A stretch of DNA of 57,496 nucleotides, the filler included, from Sphacelaria rigidula (lineage: Eukaryota): NCBI GenBank assembly GCA_964200075.2. It is 5 parts of 5 records of this genome, joined end to end, with 100 filler letters (N's around TTAATTAATTAA, not from the genome) between each part and the next. Parts side by side here need not be neighbours in the genome. Positions count along the whole stretch, not along the records: positions 23,044 to 34,462 come from CAXNAA020004937.1; positions 34,563 to 45,979 come from CAXNAA020004938.1; 3 more parts are not named here. One strand, written 5' to 3'. The translations under genes and the position numbers were made by a program. Below are positions 24,978-37,700 of the stretch, piece by piece. The notes under the pieces were generated by a model. The model was not told where the DNA came from and searched no databases. It saw only the letters and a list, made by a program, of their open reading frames with translations. How positions within the stretch are numbered: position 1 is the stretch's first letter; each line of letters starts with the position of its first letter.

Positions 24978-27600
24978 GAAGGAGGGCAGGCCTCTGTAAA
25001 GAATTACCTTTCTTCTATTTTGAGCAGCGTGCGGCCGCTGTTCACATCGGAAGACCGGAAGCACCTGTACCGCAAACTCGTCATATGGTGCGTCGTGAAC
25101 GGCGACCTAACCTCAGAAATAAAAAAACGGCGTTGTTGGGGCCCTCAAGACAGCATGAAGAGTACCGCAAGATCGGGCACTGCGGGGACTTCTGCAGCCT
25201 GCAGCTTTATCTGACTACGGTGGCCAACCAAGAGTTCTGCACAGCATCAGCGTCATTGATTATTTCCGGACAGCACCGAGGTGGAGCACGTCCGTTTGGC
25301 AAAGCGCGTGTTTCCTGGCATCCACAAGGAAGCCGACATGTCACGGTGGATCAAAGAGGTGAGAGAACAAGATATAGTGCGTACGAAATTTACGGCGACA
25401 GCACAAGTCGTGTTCGGGGTGAGTTTTGTTCTTCACTTTCCATATTTTTCCCAGAGTGCATTCAAGAGGCCGTTTCCTCCGGCTTGTATTTAATATTTTG
25501 TTGGGCTCGTATTGTCCACCTTTTGGGACAAACGGTTTTGACTCCCGGAAAGGGAAAATCGCTTTCCCACGCGTCTGGACGGTTTGCACCAAAAGCTAAG
25601 GAAACGGCCTATTATACCACGAGTTCGAAATTCGAGGTTTTAGGTTTGACCACAGCTTCATGTCCTGCAGTCGCGATTGGCTCGCTTTCTCGCGCGTTGC
25701 GACCACTATAGAGCTGCCATCAAGACTGGTCCAGTAGTCAGGTTCTTCGTTGCCATTTTATTCCTTGTCTTTTTCTCAAGGGTAGTATAGAGTATGATGA
25801 GTGGTGTAGATACAAACGTTAGCTTCCCGGCCTGCTCCACCGTGCCAGTCCAACAATTTAAATGATCAAAGAGAAAATCAAGGTTTTGTGCATGAACACC
25901 ACCAAAATATATCAGAAAATAACACAAGGATCCCTCAAAAACATCAAAATGCTTCCATCTGTCCCCCTGCTCTTGTATCTAATTCCCGCAGATGACCACA
26001 GACACGTTTAGGTCCTTCATCGACAACGTCACACCGAAAGATGTGTTTGTGGCAGCGACAGTCGACCAGGGGGGAAACACGGTCAACGCCTGGATAGCTC
26101 TCGACGTTCCCGTACTTCTTCGCGTCGCCCACTGGATCAACTCGGCTGTGATGTGGATGCTCGGGATCGCCGGCTCAGCCGCTAGGTGCCAGAACAATGA
26201 CATGAAGGCGAAAATCCACAGGGTTGCCGCGTTGGTGGGCGTGTTCAGCCATTCTGCTGTCAACAACGATGCTCTACGAGCGGTCTAGCGCAAAGTCAAG
26301 GGGCAAGAGATGAAGGAACAAGCGGAAACCGTGACGGCGGAGGCAGCGAGCATCACTCTGGCACAAAGCGAGTTCCTGGAGAGGGCGAAAGAGACGACTT
26401 CGTGTAGCGAGGAACCGATCAACTTAGAGAAGATCAAGTTCGACACCCCGAACCTAGTGAGGCTTAATGACACCAGGTCAGCTTCCCTGCAGGAAGGAGA
26501 ATGTGACGTTCGCGGTTGTACTGTGATATCTTTCAGCTTTAGGTGTCGTTGTGTTGCGCGCGTCTCTTGTTTTTTGTCGGCTGTTTCCGTTTGTTTGGTT
26601 TGTCTGGTCTTTTTTTGTCCTTGAATTATTAGAGCGTATGTGTACATTTTATTTCGTGGGGTTCTTGTGTGTATTTTTCTCGTTTTCTCTACCTTGAAGT
26701 CGTCCGTCTTGCAATCATAGCTATTCGCCGGGAATCAGTAAGAGTGAGATCATCAATTCAACAAAAACCATCAGTTGCTCATGGCTGTCCCGTCGTCCAC
26801 ACCCGCGTGTGTACGCCACAATGAATGCCAGGTGGGCTTTGCAGCTTGCGTTTTTGGTACGTTTGATCATCCTCGAGAAGTCCATCGCCTAGTACCTCCG
26901 CAAAAAACAAACACAGAATGCGCATCGCAGGCTCTCGCCGACCGATTGGGGGTCGTGAAGGAGATCTGCTGCGTGGTGGAGTACGAGGAGCGAGTGACGA
27001 TCGATATCCAGGGCGGCATTGACAGCATCCTCAGCCGGACCATCTACCCGTTCTACCAGCCGGTTGACATCTTCACTTCCGCAGAAGTGGGGATGGTTGA
27101 CTTCGAGAAGGCGAGGGAGGCCAAGAAGGGGGAGGGGCCACCGGTCCACGAGCTGAAGTGCGTCGATGACCTCCAGACCCCAGTGCAAAATGCGACATCT
27201 GTTTACATCGAGCAGATCGAAGGTCGCAAGGTCAATGCGGCTTTTACCACCGTGGAGATCCTTGCTCTCGACCTGGACCCGCGCTACAAAACAATGGACG
27301 ACTCGGTGTGCGGGCATCGGGATTCAGCGGAGGTGAACGACCACACTTTGAGCGACGAGGCAATGGAGGCGCTGGTCGCGCTAGGCAAGGCGTTGGACAG
27401 TGAGCTGGGTGGCAGGGAGACGCTTAATTATGTTGATGATGTTCCTTCGTCTCAACGCTGGCCGCATCAAGGAGTTGGAATTAATCCCCATGGGAATGGG
27501 CAAGACCCGCGCAAGCCAGGAGAAGGCCGAAGGCGAAGGGTAGATCGTAAATCTTGCACAGGACGAGGATCTCGTGTATGTGCTGAATTGGTAGAGGAGA
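24978..27600 (+). pseudogene. Intron-containing hAT-superfamily transposase pseudogene
   Basis: TVDQGGNTVNAW...VAHWINSAV (D...CxxH-like block), ALVGVFSHS, NLVRLNDTR|W joined across intron 26477-26831, LVRLIILEKSI...LSPTDW, TIDIQG, LDLDPRYK. In-frame stops at ~26286 and ~26890 and a frameshift at ~26950. Confidence 0.8.
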
Positions 27601-30600
27601 GGGTCGAGGGGCATCGTGAACGCTTGTATTGATTTTGTTCTTTGCATTATATGTTGCGTTGTTTCCTGTGGCGGAGGATTCTCTCCATTTCTGTTGTTTC
27701 GTTGTTTATTATTATTTTTGTTTATTGAGTATCTTGTCAGAGTAGCGAGCGTGATATTTCTTTTCTTTTCTTTTCATCTTTCACTATTCGGTCGAGATTT
27801 TGTTTCTTGTCAAAGTAGCGCGTGTTTTAGTTCTTTACGTCGGGTATCTTTGTCCAGCGACCACGGCTGGTGTCGTAGTGCTTCAGTCTGATGGAAATCG
27901 AAGAATATTCATCAGTCTGTGCACACCAAAAAACAACTGCAGTATTGCACATCCTGGACAAAATGTGGTCAATAGCCGCAAAGGAAAATAGTGTACTGCG
28001 TGAAGTATACGTGTGTAATCATGATTGCTGTCCCGAGTAGGGTAGACCTCAATGTTGAGAAGATCGTGCTTGTCTTCCCTTCTTCCGGGATGATGACGTA
28101 CGCGAGTCTGTAGGCCACCGTCATGAGCCATGTGGATCTGTTTTCTCGGTGGCCTTCCTTTCAAGCATCCATCCCATCGATTTATGTGGTGAACGTTTCG
28201 TGCTTTCATGCCGCTGCGACCACATACCCGACGTCCTCACAGTCCACAGCTTGCTGGAGAAGCACGTCACATCCCCGGAGAGCGCCTTGACCCTGGCCAT
28301 CATGCTGCTGCCGTTCATAATGGAGGTCAAGTTTACCCCTTGTTCGTGCCCCGATGAAACGTTTGGGACTTCCGTCACCAACGACAGCGGCATGAAGGTC
28401 AAGGTGCACTCCATGTCCCAAGACTTTACATGCTGCCCCAGCAAGTGTGTTGGTACGCAAAATAAGAGAGGTGGCTCCGTTCTTCGCTATGTGTGAGAGG
28501 TTGTGGGTTGTGAGGGTATAGGCTCTGGTGCAGTAGCAACAGGAAAGACGAAAAGTGACTGCTATACCTGTGCCCACGAGGCTCTTGACAAAACTCGAAC
28601 AGAGGGAAAAACTCACGCCCCTACAAGACGTGATCTTGAATCAGAACATATTTGTGGTACTGGCTGAATACTTATTTCTCGGTTGTTGTCGTTTCCTTTC
28701 TCTGCGCACTTCCCAACTATTCGTATTTTATATTTTCGTAGATACTCTGGTCGGATTGACCCTGGTAGTTCGTGATTCGTTTGGCAAGGAAAAGCTTTGT
28801 AGTCTGGATTTTGCGAATGACCGAGAGTGCATTATGAGCGCCGGCAGTGAGTATGGATAATGACCAATATCCTCAAAGTCAATCATGCGCTGCAGCAATG
28901 GTGCGCAGGCAGTGCGGCCCATTTCCCACATCGGTCACAGTACAGCAGTACAGCGCAGTACAGCACAGTCCTAGTAAAATGCTAATATGTGTGTCGACAT
29001 GTCACACCGGTTGATGGATTTCCCAGCATGACGTGGGGGCAGCAGCGAACGTTCGTGGTGATGACGAGTCGAAAATATTCACGGGCGACAATAAGCGTGT
29101 CTCCGTCAGGGGTGAAAAAAAACGACCTCGGTCTGGGTAGGCGATTTGTCCACCTTCGTAGGTGGACGATATTTCCGGGCCTGTCGTCTTACTGACTTAT
29201 CGTGTTGGGTTTTGCAACATACGCTCCAAACCTGCCGAGGGACCAATGAAATCACAAACCCTCACAGTAGACGACTTCCAGCGCATGTTATTGTAGGGCG
29301 GTATTGTCTTGCAGTACATGCGATATCATGTATGACAACACGTACACAAATTCGGTGGAATTCAAGCTATGGCAGCTGCTGCGTCGACGGTATTTGTTTA
29401 CACGTTGCTAAGTCTCTAAAGGTACGTGGCGTGATGTTTCGTCCGACATATGTTGTTTGCGCTGGCGTTCATCAGGCAACGACATCTCTTATGTTGAACC
29501 GGTACTGTTTAGATGATGAAGGGAAATCACGATACTTGTCTTGTCAAATGGGTTATTTTCATCATGACAGGTTTCATAGAAAGATCTCGAGCTGAGACGT
29601 GAACCCCTACGCAGATGGTGTTCCAGCGGTACTCATGTGCTCATCAGTGTGTCCAAGGTACGTGGCGACTTCTGCCCATAACCCCTTGATGCCAGCCTCC
29701 CCGCTTATGGTGTGTGGCAGCAACAACTCAGGAGAGGTCGGAGACTAGGCGATGCACTTCCAGACTTGGACCAAGCAACGAAAATTGTGCATTTGTTTGT
29801 CTCACCATCTAACCCTCCCCTTTCTCGGGACGAGTCCGTGGTATCAAGGGAACGATGCTTCTCCCTCCGAATATGTAGACCGTAGATTGGGAACTCAGAT
29901 CTACTCATTTCCGCCACTAAAGATTTCAGCTGCGCCTTTCATGGTGTGAAGTACAGAGAGGCATCCTTTACTGGGGAGGATTTCTAGAGAGTGGAACTGA
30001 CGCAACTGAAGGGTTTCGGTCGCTGCCGACGTGGTCACTCGCCTCCCACAGAATGATTAGTTCGATGGCAAGGTTGAAAAAAAAGAACAAATAGCTGTAC
30101 ACCCTGCTAACGCGGTGGTGTGATAAGCGCCCCAAATCCCAAGGAGATAGTACAACGTGAACGCCCAATGGGTTGCCTTCATTTGCTTGATCCTTCATCT
30201 TCGCCACAGGTATTACATTGATACATTGGCAAGGGAACTCTAAACATCGCACCCGTCAGCTTCAAAGGATGCTCTACTGTACCCTTCGGCAGTGCTGCCA
30301 CTTCACTTGAAAATAGCGGCATCGTCCTACGCAGTTTTCGTACCCTACCTGCTTCTATGCGTGTTTATCCCGGATACATTCCACAACCATCGGGGTCACA
30401 ATTGACTCACTCACTAACAACGCGAACGTGATTACTTCGCTACAGTGGCATGGGCAAGACAAAAAGCGATGATATACCGCCGTAGGGCACCGAGGGTTTC
30501 AAATACCACGGAAAGCACAATAACTTGATTTAACTACGAATTTACCGCATGTCTTGCACCACAGTGATGCTGCGTTCTTCATTCCCTGTACCGCACAACG

Positions 30601-31553
30601 TTTTACGCCACACTGTCAAAACATCGGTTGTTACTCCATGCTGTGGTTTCAATACCATTTTTTGTAAACACTACTCCAGTCTGCTAACGACCTTTTCCAT
30701 TCATCTCCGTGTTACAATGTTCCCGTTGTTCAACGCGTGGACAGGCCCAATGCGGCGGTCTCAGTGCACATGCCCGTCTACACCGAGATTGGGTCATGGA
30801 GGAGGCGGTGAACAGGTACGGGGAATCACGGACCGGCGTGGGATGTAGTGGTATGGCTCCTGAAGTACTCGATGGTATTGTTTTTTTCTACATGTGTGTC
30901 GATATGGAGCAACGCGCTGTGTTGAGTTGACAGAGATGTGAAGCATGCCTTTCAGTCGACTATGCTGCCATTATCGACACGCACGAAGCAATGGAGGGTG
31001 GCGCAGGATGAGATGGGCTTGGAAGTCCGCCCGCTTTTGCATTTGTCGGCAGTTAGGCCCCCCGGTGTTCATGCTGTGGCTACATGTGTTTCTGGTCGAT
31101 CCGTGTTGCCAGCGTGTCCTTATCAATTTTTCGAACTTCGCAGTTGGAATTGTCGTGCTACCGGGGCTAGGCGTGCTCATCCTTGCGTTGCAAGTATATT
31201 GGGGGTATGGGTATACAAATATGTTATCGTTTATGAAGTTTTTACTAAATATTTGGGCACCACCCATGTGCAAACACATATGCCAAGAGATACATAACGC
31301 GTGTACCCACCAACCTCCACAGGTTCATGATATGCCCATGAGCATGACTGATTACTGTTCCTTGACATGCCTGCACAGGACTTACGGAAGGTTTGATGGG
31401 AAAAAAAGCACCAATACCCCCTGGAATAGGATCCATTTTCAAACCCTCAATCAGGGTCTTTGAATGTCACTACAAGTACCACACAGAAGCCGAGTCAAAA
31501 TGCAAACACGTTGCAGAGTCAGAGAATATTGTAGCAATGAGGCATGACTCCCC

Positions 31554-31625
31554 TATGAGCTTTTCGCTTTGTGTTCGAATCTACCCATAATATGAGTTTT
31601 TCGCTTTGTGTTCGGATCTACCCAT
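31554..31625. repeat. 37-bp tandem duplication
   Basis: tatgag(c/t)ttttcgctttgtgttcg(a/g)atctacccat occurs twice. Confidence 0.9.
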
Positions 31626-34462
31626 TCCAGAATTTCACTCAAATTTAGTCAAACACGATTACTTCTGCCTCAGAAACACCGAGAGCACACAAGCCCCCTC
31701 TTCCTTCCTGTGCGCATCACAGTATTACATTCGGAAGCTGGGTATACGTGGAGCTCAGACACCCGGAAGCAAGCAAAAGTATCACCAGCCATAGTGGACA
31801 CAGAAAATATCTATGCTGGTTGGTATTATTTACAAAGTGTACCACACATCCAGCATAATAACTACAACACCCACGACCGACATGGTAGGTGAAGGAGTAC
31901 TAATGACAACTATGAGTGGGTATTGGTCTGTTTTTGGTGCAGTTGGGCATGTGACGCACACCAGGGTGGATAATTAACCCTCTCAGCGGCGGGCCTCGTT
32001 TCGGAATAATATCTCGGCTGATGGTCCCCCGGGATATTTTCGACTTTATACTTGAGACTGAAACAACATGCAGTACAGACAGTACGGTGCTGTACTGCCT
32101 GCGTTGGATGTCAAAATCACTTGTCTTTTTCCTGTCACAGCACTCCAGCGGTCTGCCGACAATAGATACCGGTACCATTGTGCACACGGCGGCGCAAAAG
32201 AGATGATGAGTGATACCGACCCCACAAACGCTGACCAAAGGCCGTTGTTCGCCTGAGTTTTACTCGGGCGATGTGTTATGGAACGAAACGTTGACGGCGA
32301 GCCACTGAGGGTCGCCTTTGCAGAATACAGGACACGATACGGCGTGGTGTTCTCCGACATCCCTCATATCTACTCCAAGTTGCACTAGGGACTGTCACCA
32401 AGCACTCGCCCACGAGCCTGCGGCTGCACTGCTATCAGTCAGGATCAACTAGGCAAATGTGAAGCTGGATGCACGTGACGGACCTGTGCTCGATTTCTGC
32501 GTCAGCGGCGGGGCCGTCAAGACGCGATATTCAGAAAACACGTAGTATATTATTTGATGATTATTTTGGTTCATTATGTATTTCCATATCGCCCACTTAC
32601 TCCCAATGACATCCCCTCCCGCAGAAATCCAGCGTCCCTAACCCTTCACTTGCATGATATCACGGGGAATCGGCCGTTTTTCACATTTTTCGTGAGGTAT
32701 CGATCTAGGGTCCAGCTGAGGGCTTCGGAGTCAAGAGCGTATTCCGATCCACCGCGACAGTCGAAGTTGATAATCAAATGGTCGAACCACCCCCTCCCAT
32801 GGCCACCAAGAGAACTGACACACGAAATCTCCTCGTCTTTTGGCAGCTCGCGCACCGGTGATCCCTGAGTGGTGAAGGCGTTGTGCACTTGCGTAGGCTG
32901 GTCAAGAAACAGGGAAAAACGTTTCTGCCGCGACTTTTCCGCATTGTGAACAGCCGGCGAGGGGAGGGGGAGGGCGGGGAAGGGCTAGCCTGCGACTCGT
33001 AGGCCTCCTTGCACTGCCTCCGACTAATCGGCCGCTCCGCTTACGATTCTGGACCATGGTAGCCAGAAACAAGATGATCGATGCACGTTTTGTGTTGTTC
33101 TGCGAGGCCGGCCCTTGCTGTGCTGTACCTGCACGCTGTCGACAGCAAAAGAGCAAGTCATAGCCCGCACTTGCAACCCTTACACACGACTCCCCTGTTC
33201 CCTCCACGCCACGGCAATGACTTAAGCGGCCGGTAGTGGCGGGACGGTCAGACCGAAAGACTGGAGGCAAGGCATTCATTCATCGACAGAGACAAGCTGG
33301 TAGATGAAGAGCTTCACACTATAGCGTGTTGTGGAGCACGGGACATGCCCAAGTGAAGTGCCGTCAAGCTTGTATGTGAAGGCACAGACCAGTGTCATCA
33401 AGAGAACAACGATTCAGCGTATGTAGATGACTTGTATTCGAGCGCAGTCATTGTCTGGGATTGAATGAGCCGGAATCAGTCACTTTTTCTAGCGGACCGT
33501 GCTGCCCTGTCCTGCACTGTACCTTCCTGTCCGTGGAACACACTGCATGTGGTGAAACAACAGATGACGGGGTATATCACCCCTTCTATCGGCGATGAGG
33601 TCTGTATCGCCCCTCATGTCGGGAAGGCGGGTCCTGCGTTTCTCTACAGAATTAGATTATCAAACTGGATAGACAAATCTCCCCAAGATCCCGTCCTTCC
33701 AAGACGTCGCCATAGCGGGCTTCTAGTCAAGGGAGACCGAGCAGTTTATCGCATGCGGGTGTTATGGTCGGCCGCCCACTACACTATCATACCTCAAAAG
33801 GAGGAGCTTCAATTGGCCTCACCTCCGTACGAAGAGCGTCCAGATGGGACAGCGACGTGAATTTCCCTTGATCTTACAAACCTTCCACGCTAGTATCAAG
33901 TGTCTCTCCCCTACAGCCCCTAGCTGTTATCCTCCGCTTCTGCTGCGCGGTGGGTGGAGTGTCGTTGTTCACACAATTCACAATTTGTTGTGGAAATTGT
34001 GCAACGATTATAGCCGAGGTGTCGTTTGATTGATCAAAATCTTCCCGAGTATAACCTCCAGCCAACCTGATACCACCCCCATTTGCGCGAAATAAAAACG
34101 AAGGCTTCGTGGACGACAGAGATGTGGCAGCAAATGGTAATGATTACGCTTGATGGTTATCTTCCCTGCATGATGATATCGATTCGATCAATCGCTGGCG
34201 GTGTACAACACACGGTTGCTGTGCGTCTGAGAGGAAAAGTATGGACCGTACGATGCTCGAAACGGAGTCTACAGTAGTCAGCGTCAGAAGTATGCAGAAT
34301 TCGTGATTTCTTCACACCCTGGAAAATAGACATGGTAATGGTCTATTGCTGCACCAATAGCTACGGTGATGATCATACTGATATTTATTGTGGAGAACAA
34401 TGACTGCAACATATATTTGTCCATATCCATTGAGTCATCCTACGATAGGGGGGGGGGGGTAT

Positions 34463-34562
34463 NNNNNNNNNNNNNNNNNNNNNNNNNNNNNNNNNNNNNN
34501 NNNNNNTTAATTAATTAANNNNNNNNNNNNNNNNNNNNNNNNNNNNNNNNNNNNNNNNNNNN
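34463..34562. other. Artificial contig linker
   Basis: N-TTAATTAATTAA-N, flanked by poly-G and poly-C contig ends. Confidence 0.98.
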
Positions 34563-34660
34563 CTCCGCCCCCCCCCCCCTCTTTTTTTCCGAGCCCCCCC
34601 CCCCCCCCCTTACCCCCCCCCCCCCCCCCCCCCCCCCGGTCACTAACCCAAGCTCCTCAC

Positions 34661-34783
34661 CACTTCAAGATTTTTTCGGGTGCCCCCTAATCGCTCCGTC
34701 TCCTTGCCAGCCAACAGCCCGCGAATGACGTCCTGTGCAGGCTGAGAAGAATATGACGGAAAGTTCACGCCATCGAGAAGTTC
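34661..34783 (-). CDS. GRK-like gene exon (kinase X-XI)
   Basis: [33 protein letters not shown]. Confidence 0.8.
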
Positions 34784-37700
34784 CTGCAAGACAGTGTATA
34801 CAGTATTATGAATAGTACAATAGTGCACACAACACGATGCTCGTCAGGCACACGAAGAATAAATACGCGAGAGCGTCACATTGTGCGGCGCTTGAGCACT
34901 ACGAAGCTGAAGCGCAGAGTCCCAAGTACGTCGAAGGTGACGTTGTCGCACACATGCACGCGCGCGACGGTATCGTCCTTCGGAGTTTCACCTCTTGACG
35001 TATCACGCGTGGCACTATAGTCCACATGAGCATACCATGAGTGCATTTCTTCTTCACGTCCGTGCGCTTTTCGTCCACGTGTCACAGTTAGTCGGAAGAA
35101 AACGTTGCGAGTTGCGACCAACAGCTATCACCCAAACAGAGACGCTAGCCCTAACCTCATGCCTAGCAGACCTCTATGAACTGGAACCGTCAAGGTAAAA
35201 ATCCGTTAGGGTTTTCCCTCAACGCGATCGGAGGATATGCCCAGTTATATTTACGTATCGGACTGGAGCACTAGTTCCAGTATAGGCCCCGCATCTGGCG
35301 CCGACACAGCGGTACCCCTCTCCGAGCTGTAATCTCCTGTAGATCGTGCACAATCGTAGCTCTTCCCATTTTTTATTTCTGTTGGAACACACAGAATTCG
35401 TAGGACAAAAAAAACGTATCTATTTTACTGCTAGGGACTCCGAAGTCGAGGTCATGAAATGTTCACGAAGAATAGTTGTTGGATTTTTCAAATACCAAAA
35501 CTCTCGACAGTACTCTTACAATGAAAACGGTGACGTGTGACCAGGACGACACTTGTACGCACGTTGTACTTGTTATAGTCCAAACCCATTCGGCACCGTG
35601 TGTCATCCACGAACGCCTGAAATTCCTTTCGATCGAACGGTCTGCTCCCCGTGAGTAGCTTGAACGTCGTCACCCCAAGGGACCAGTAGTCCACCGCCTA
35701 CAGATGAAAAAAATTGTACAACAGGGTCGCGTCAGTGGGAGCCTTGCAACGAGCAGCCAGTGATGCAGTCCAGCCGACAACTACCTCTACTTCATTATTC
35801 CCTACAAGTGGTGGTTTCAGTAACAGATGCAGAGCTATGACGTACACATTGTCGGTCTAACTGGGCAACTGCGAAACCAGGATATGTAAGGAATGGCTCC
35901 CTCGATTTCAGTGCCTTTTCCCTCTGCGTCCAGCGGATTCCCAACATGACACTGTGTACCAGGCGACTGTGAAAATATTGCTTCCCGTAGTGCTGGACGA
36001 TAGCCACGCATCAATCTGACGTGTTATTCTAGCGGTCACAGTAGCTATGAGGGTCCCACACACAAAGCCACACTCGCGGTGTGATCCAGAAGACTGCATT
36101 GGTTCAAGCCATCGGGTAGGTGTACTGCGTTGCTGTGTCGACATCCCTGCCCTGTACGACTAACAAGTAGGTCGGGTTAATCTTACATTCGAGTAGCCAA
36201 CCCTGACAGATCTTGGCTGCTTCGGAAGGATGACCATCTCCGGGGCCATATAGCTGACAAAAATGAAGGACAAAAACAACAGGCAGAGTGCATAATCAAT
36301 CATATCTATTATAGTACACATCTATCTGCACAGTATATGCACTAATGCACATGTACACGTACCGGTCGCCCCGGTGGCACAGTGGGTAACCTTGAAACCT
36401 TCTGACGGTTGGGCCGTGGGTTCAAATCTCGGAGCAACCTGGGTTTTTTCCTGTCGCATTGCCCAACAGTGGAGAGCGACTATGCGATGGGTACACAAAA
36501 TTCGACTGAACGGTCGACGAGGGAAAGGGACTGCTGAACCCCTCGCGCGACAAAAAATAAAGGCAAGCACCGCCGAAGGAAGGTGGAGCACAAAAAGCAA
36601 ATAAAGAAGGAAAATCTTCTGTGTTGACCTTCCTCGTGTGTGACCCCGGCAGGCGCGCCCACATGTACCGAAAGGCGTACTCTGGCGTCCAGAATATACA
36701 GGATGACAACACGGGACCCAAAAGGACCTGCGGATGAACCGCAGCGTTCGACACGTTTTCTCTGTGCGGCAACATCCCGTTTTGATCGCGCGTTTCTCTT
36801 ACCCCTGGGTCCCCATGATGCTTCTTCGCCTGTGTTTATTGTTCAGATTCACCCCCGTCCCCGAGTCCGATTGTTTCTCCGGTAAAACCCCTATTTCTGG
36901 CCCCCTGAACGGATTCTTCACCTGTTACAGAAAGCCAGGGTCGTATTGTAGATACAGGTACAGTATACCGGTTTGTGCAAGTAAAACACATGCATCGAGT
37001 TCGCGAAAGTTCGTTCAACGCCAATTCATGAGAATTGGCTGGACGGAGGAGGGAGAGAGGTGGGTATGAGGTGGGTATGCGGATGGCTGAGCAACACTGG
37101 GTACGGTGACAAGCCAAGCCTCTGTGACGAGAGGATGGGGCTACGTAATCATCACCAATCCCCGCTGTACAGTGTTCGTCGGAACCACGCTAGCTTCCTC
37201 CAACGATGCAGGCGTTGTCTTTATTAACACGATCTACATCGGGTCTTGAGCCTGCCTTACCCCTACCCCCAGAAGGATCCTGTCCCTTCCCCTGTCCCCC
37301 CCCCATCCCCTCCCGAGCCATGCTGCGATAGAGGGGGGGAGTGTTCGATTCCACGGGAAAATATACTCCTAGATGCGTCAAACGATCTAAAACTCTCGCA
37401 GTGCGCTTGTATTTGGGTAAAGCGGCGTAAAGCAGTGTGAATGAGCGTTAATTCATCGGGAGCAGGCGCGTTCGGACAACCAACTGTTGGCGGCTTCCAA
37501 CAGCGGTTGAAGTGGAATTTCGTGGGAGAAAACGACCCAAATACCTCCCCCCCCCATCGTAGCATGACTTTCCTCAAAATCGTTTTTCAGTTGTCACGTT
37601 ATCCAAATATCGGAAACTGTTTGACCGCTGGGTACGATGCAATAACTCGCACTTGAAATTGGTCGGACATTTCGCGCCTGGGTGATATGTCTGCTCAAAT

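Noticed and set aside
30700..33300. Cys-rich fragments (CSQCGK, CGVGITHHLFCAAVC) as a CxC/KDZ-type transposase
   Set aside because: Too fragmentary, with no diagnostic motif series recoverable by eye.
33465..34462. C-terminal exons of the kinase
   Set aside because: This lies on a different contig across an artificial linker and shows no AGC C-tail motifs.
36364..36440. Functional tRNA gene
   Set aside because: A and B boxes are present, but there is no proper anticodon or T-arm pairing, and it continues into a SINE-like body.
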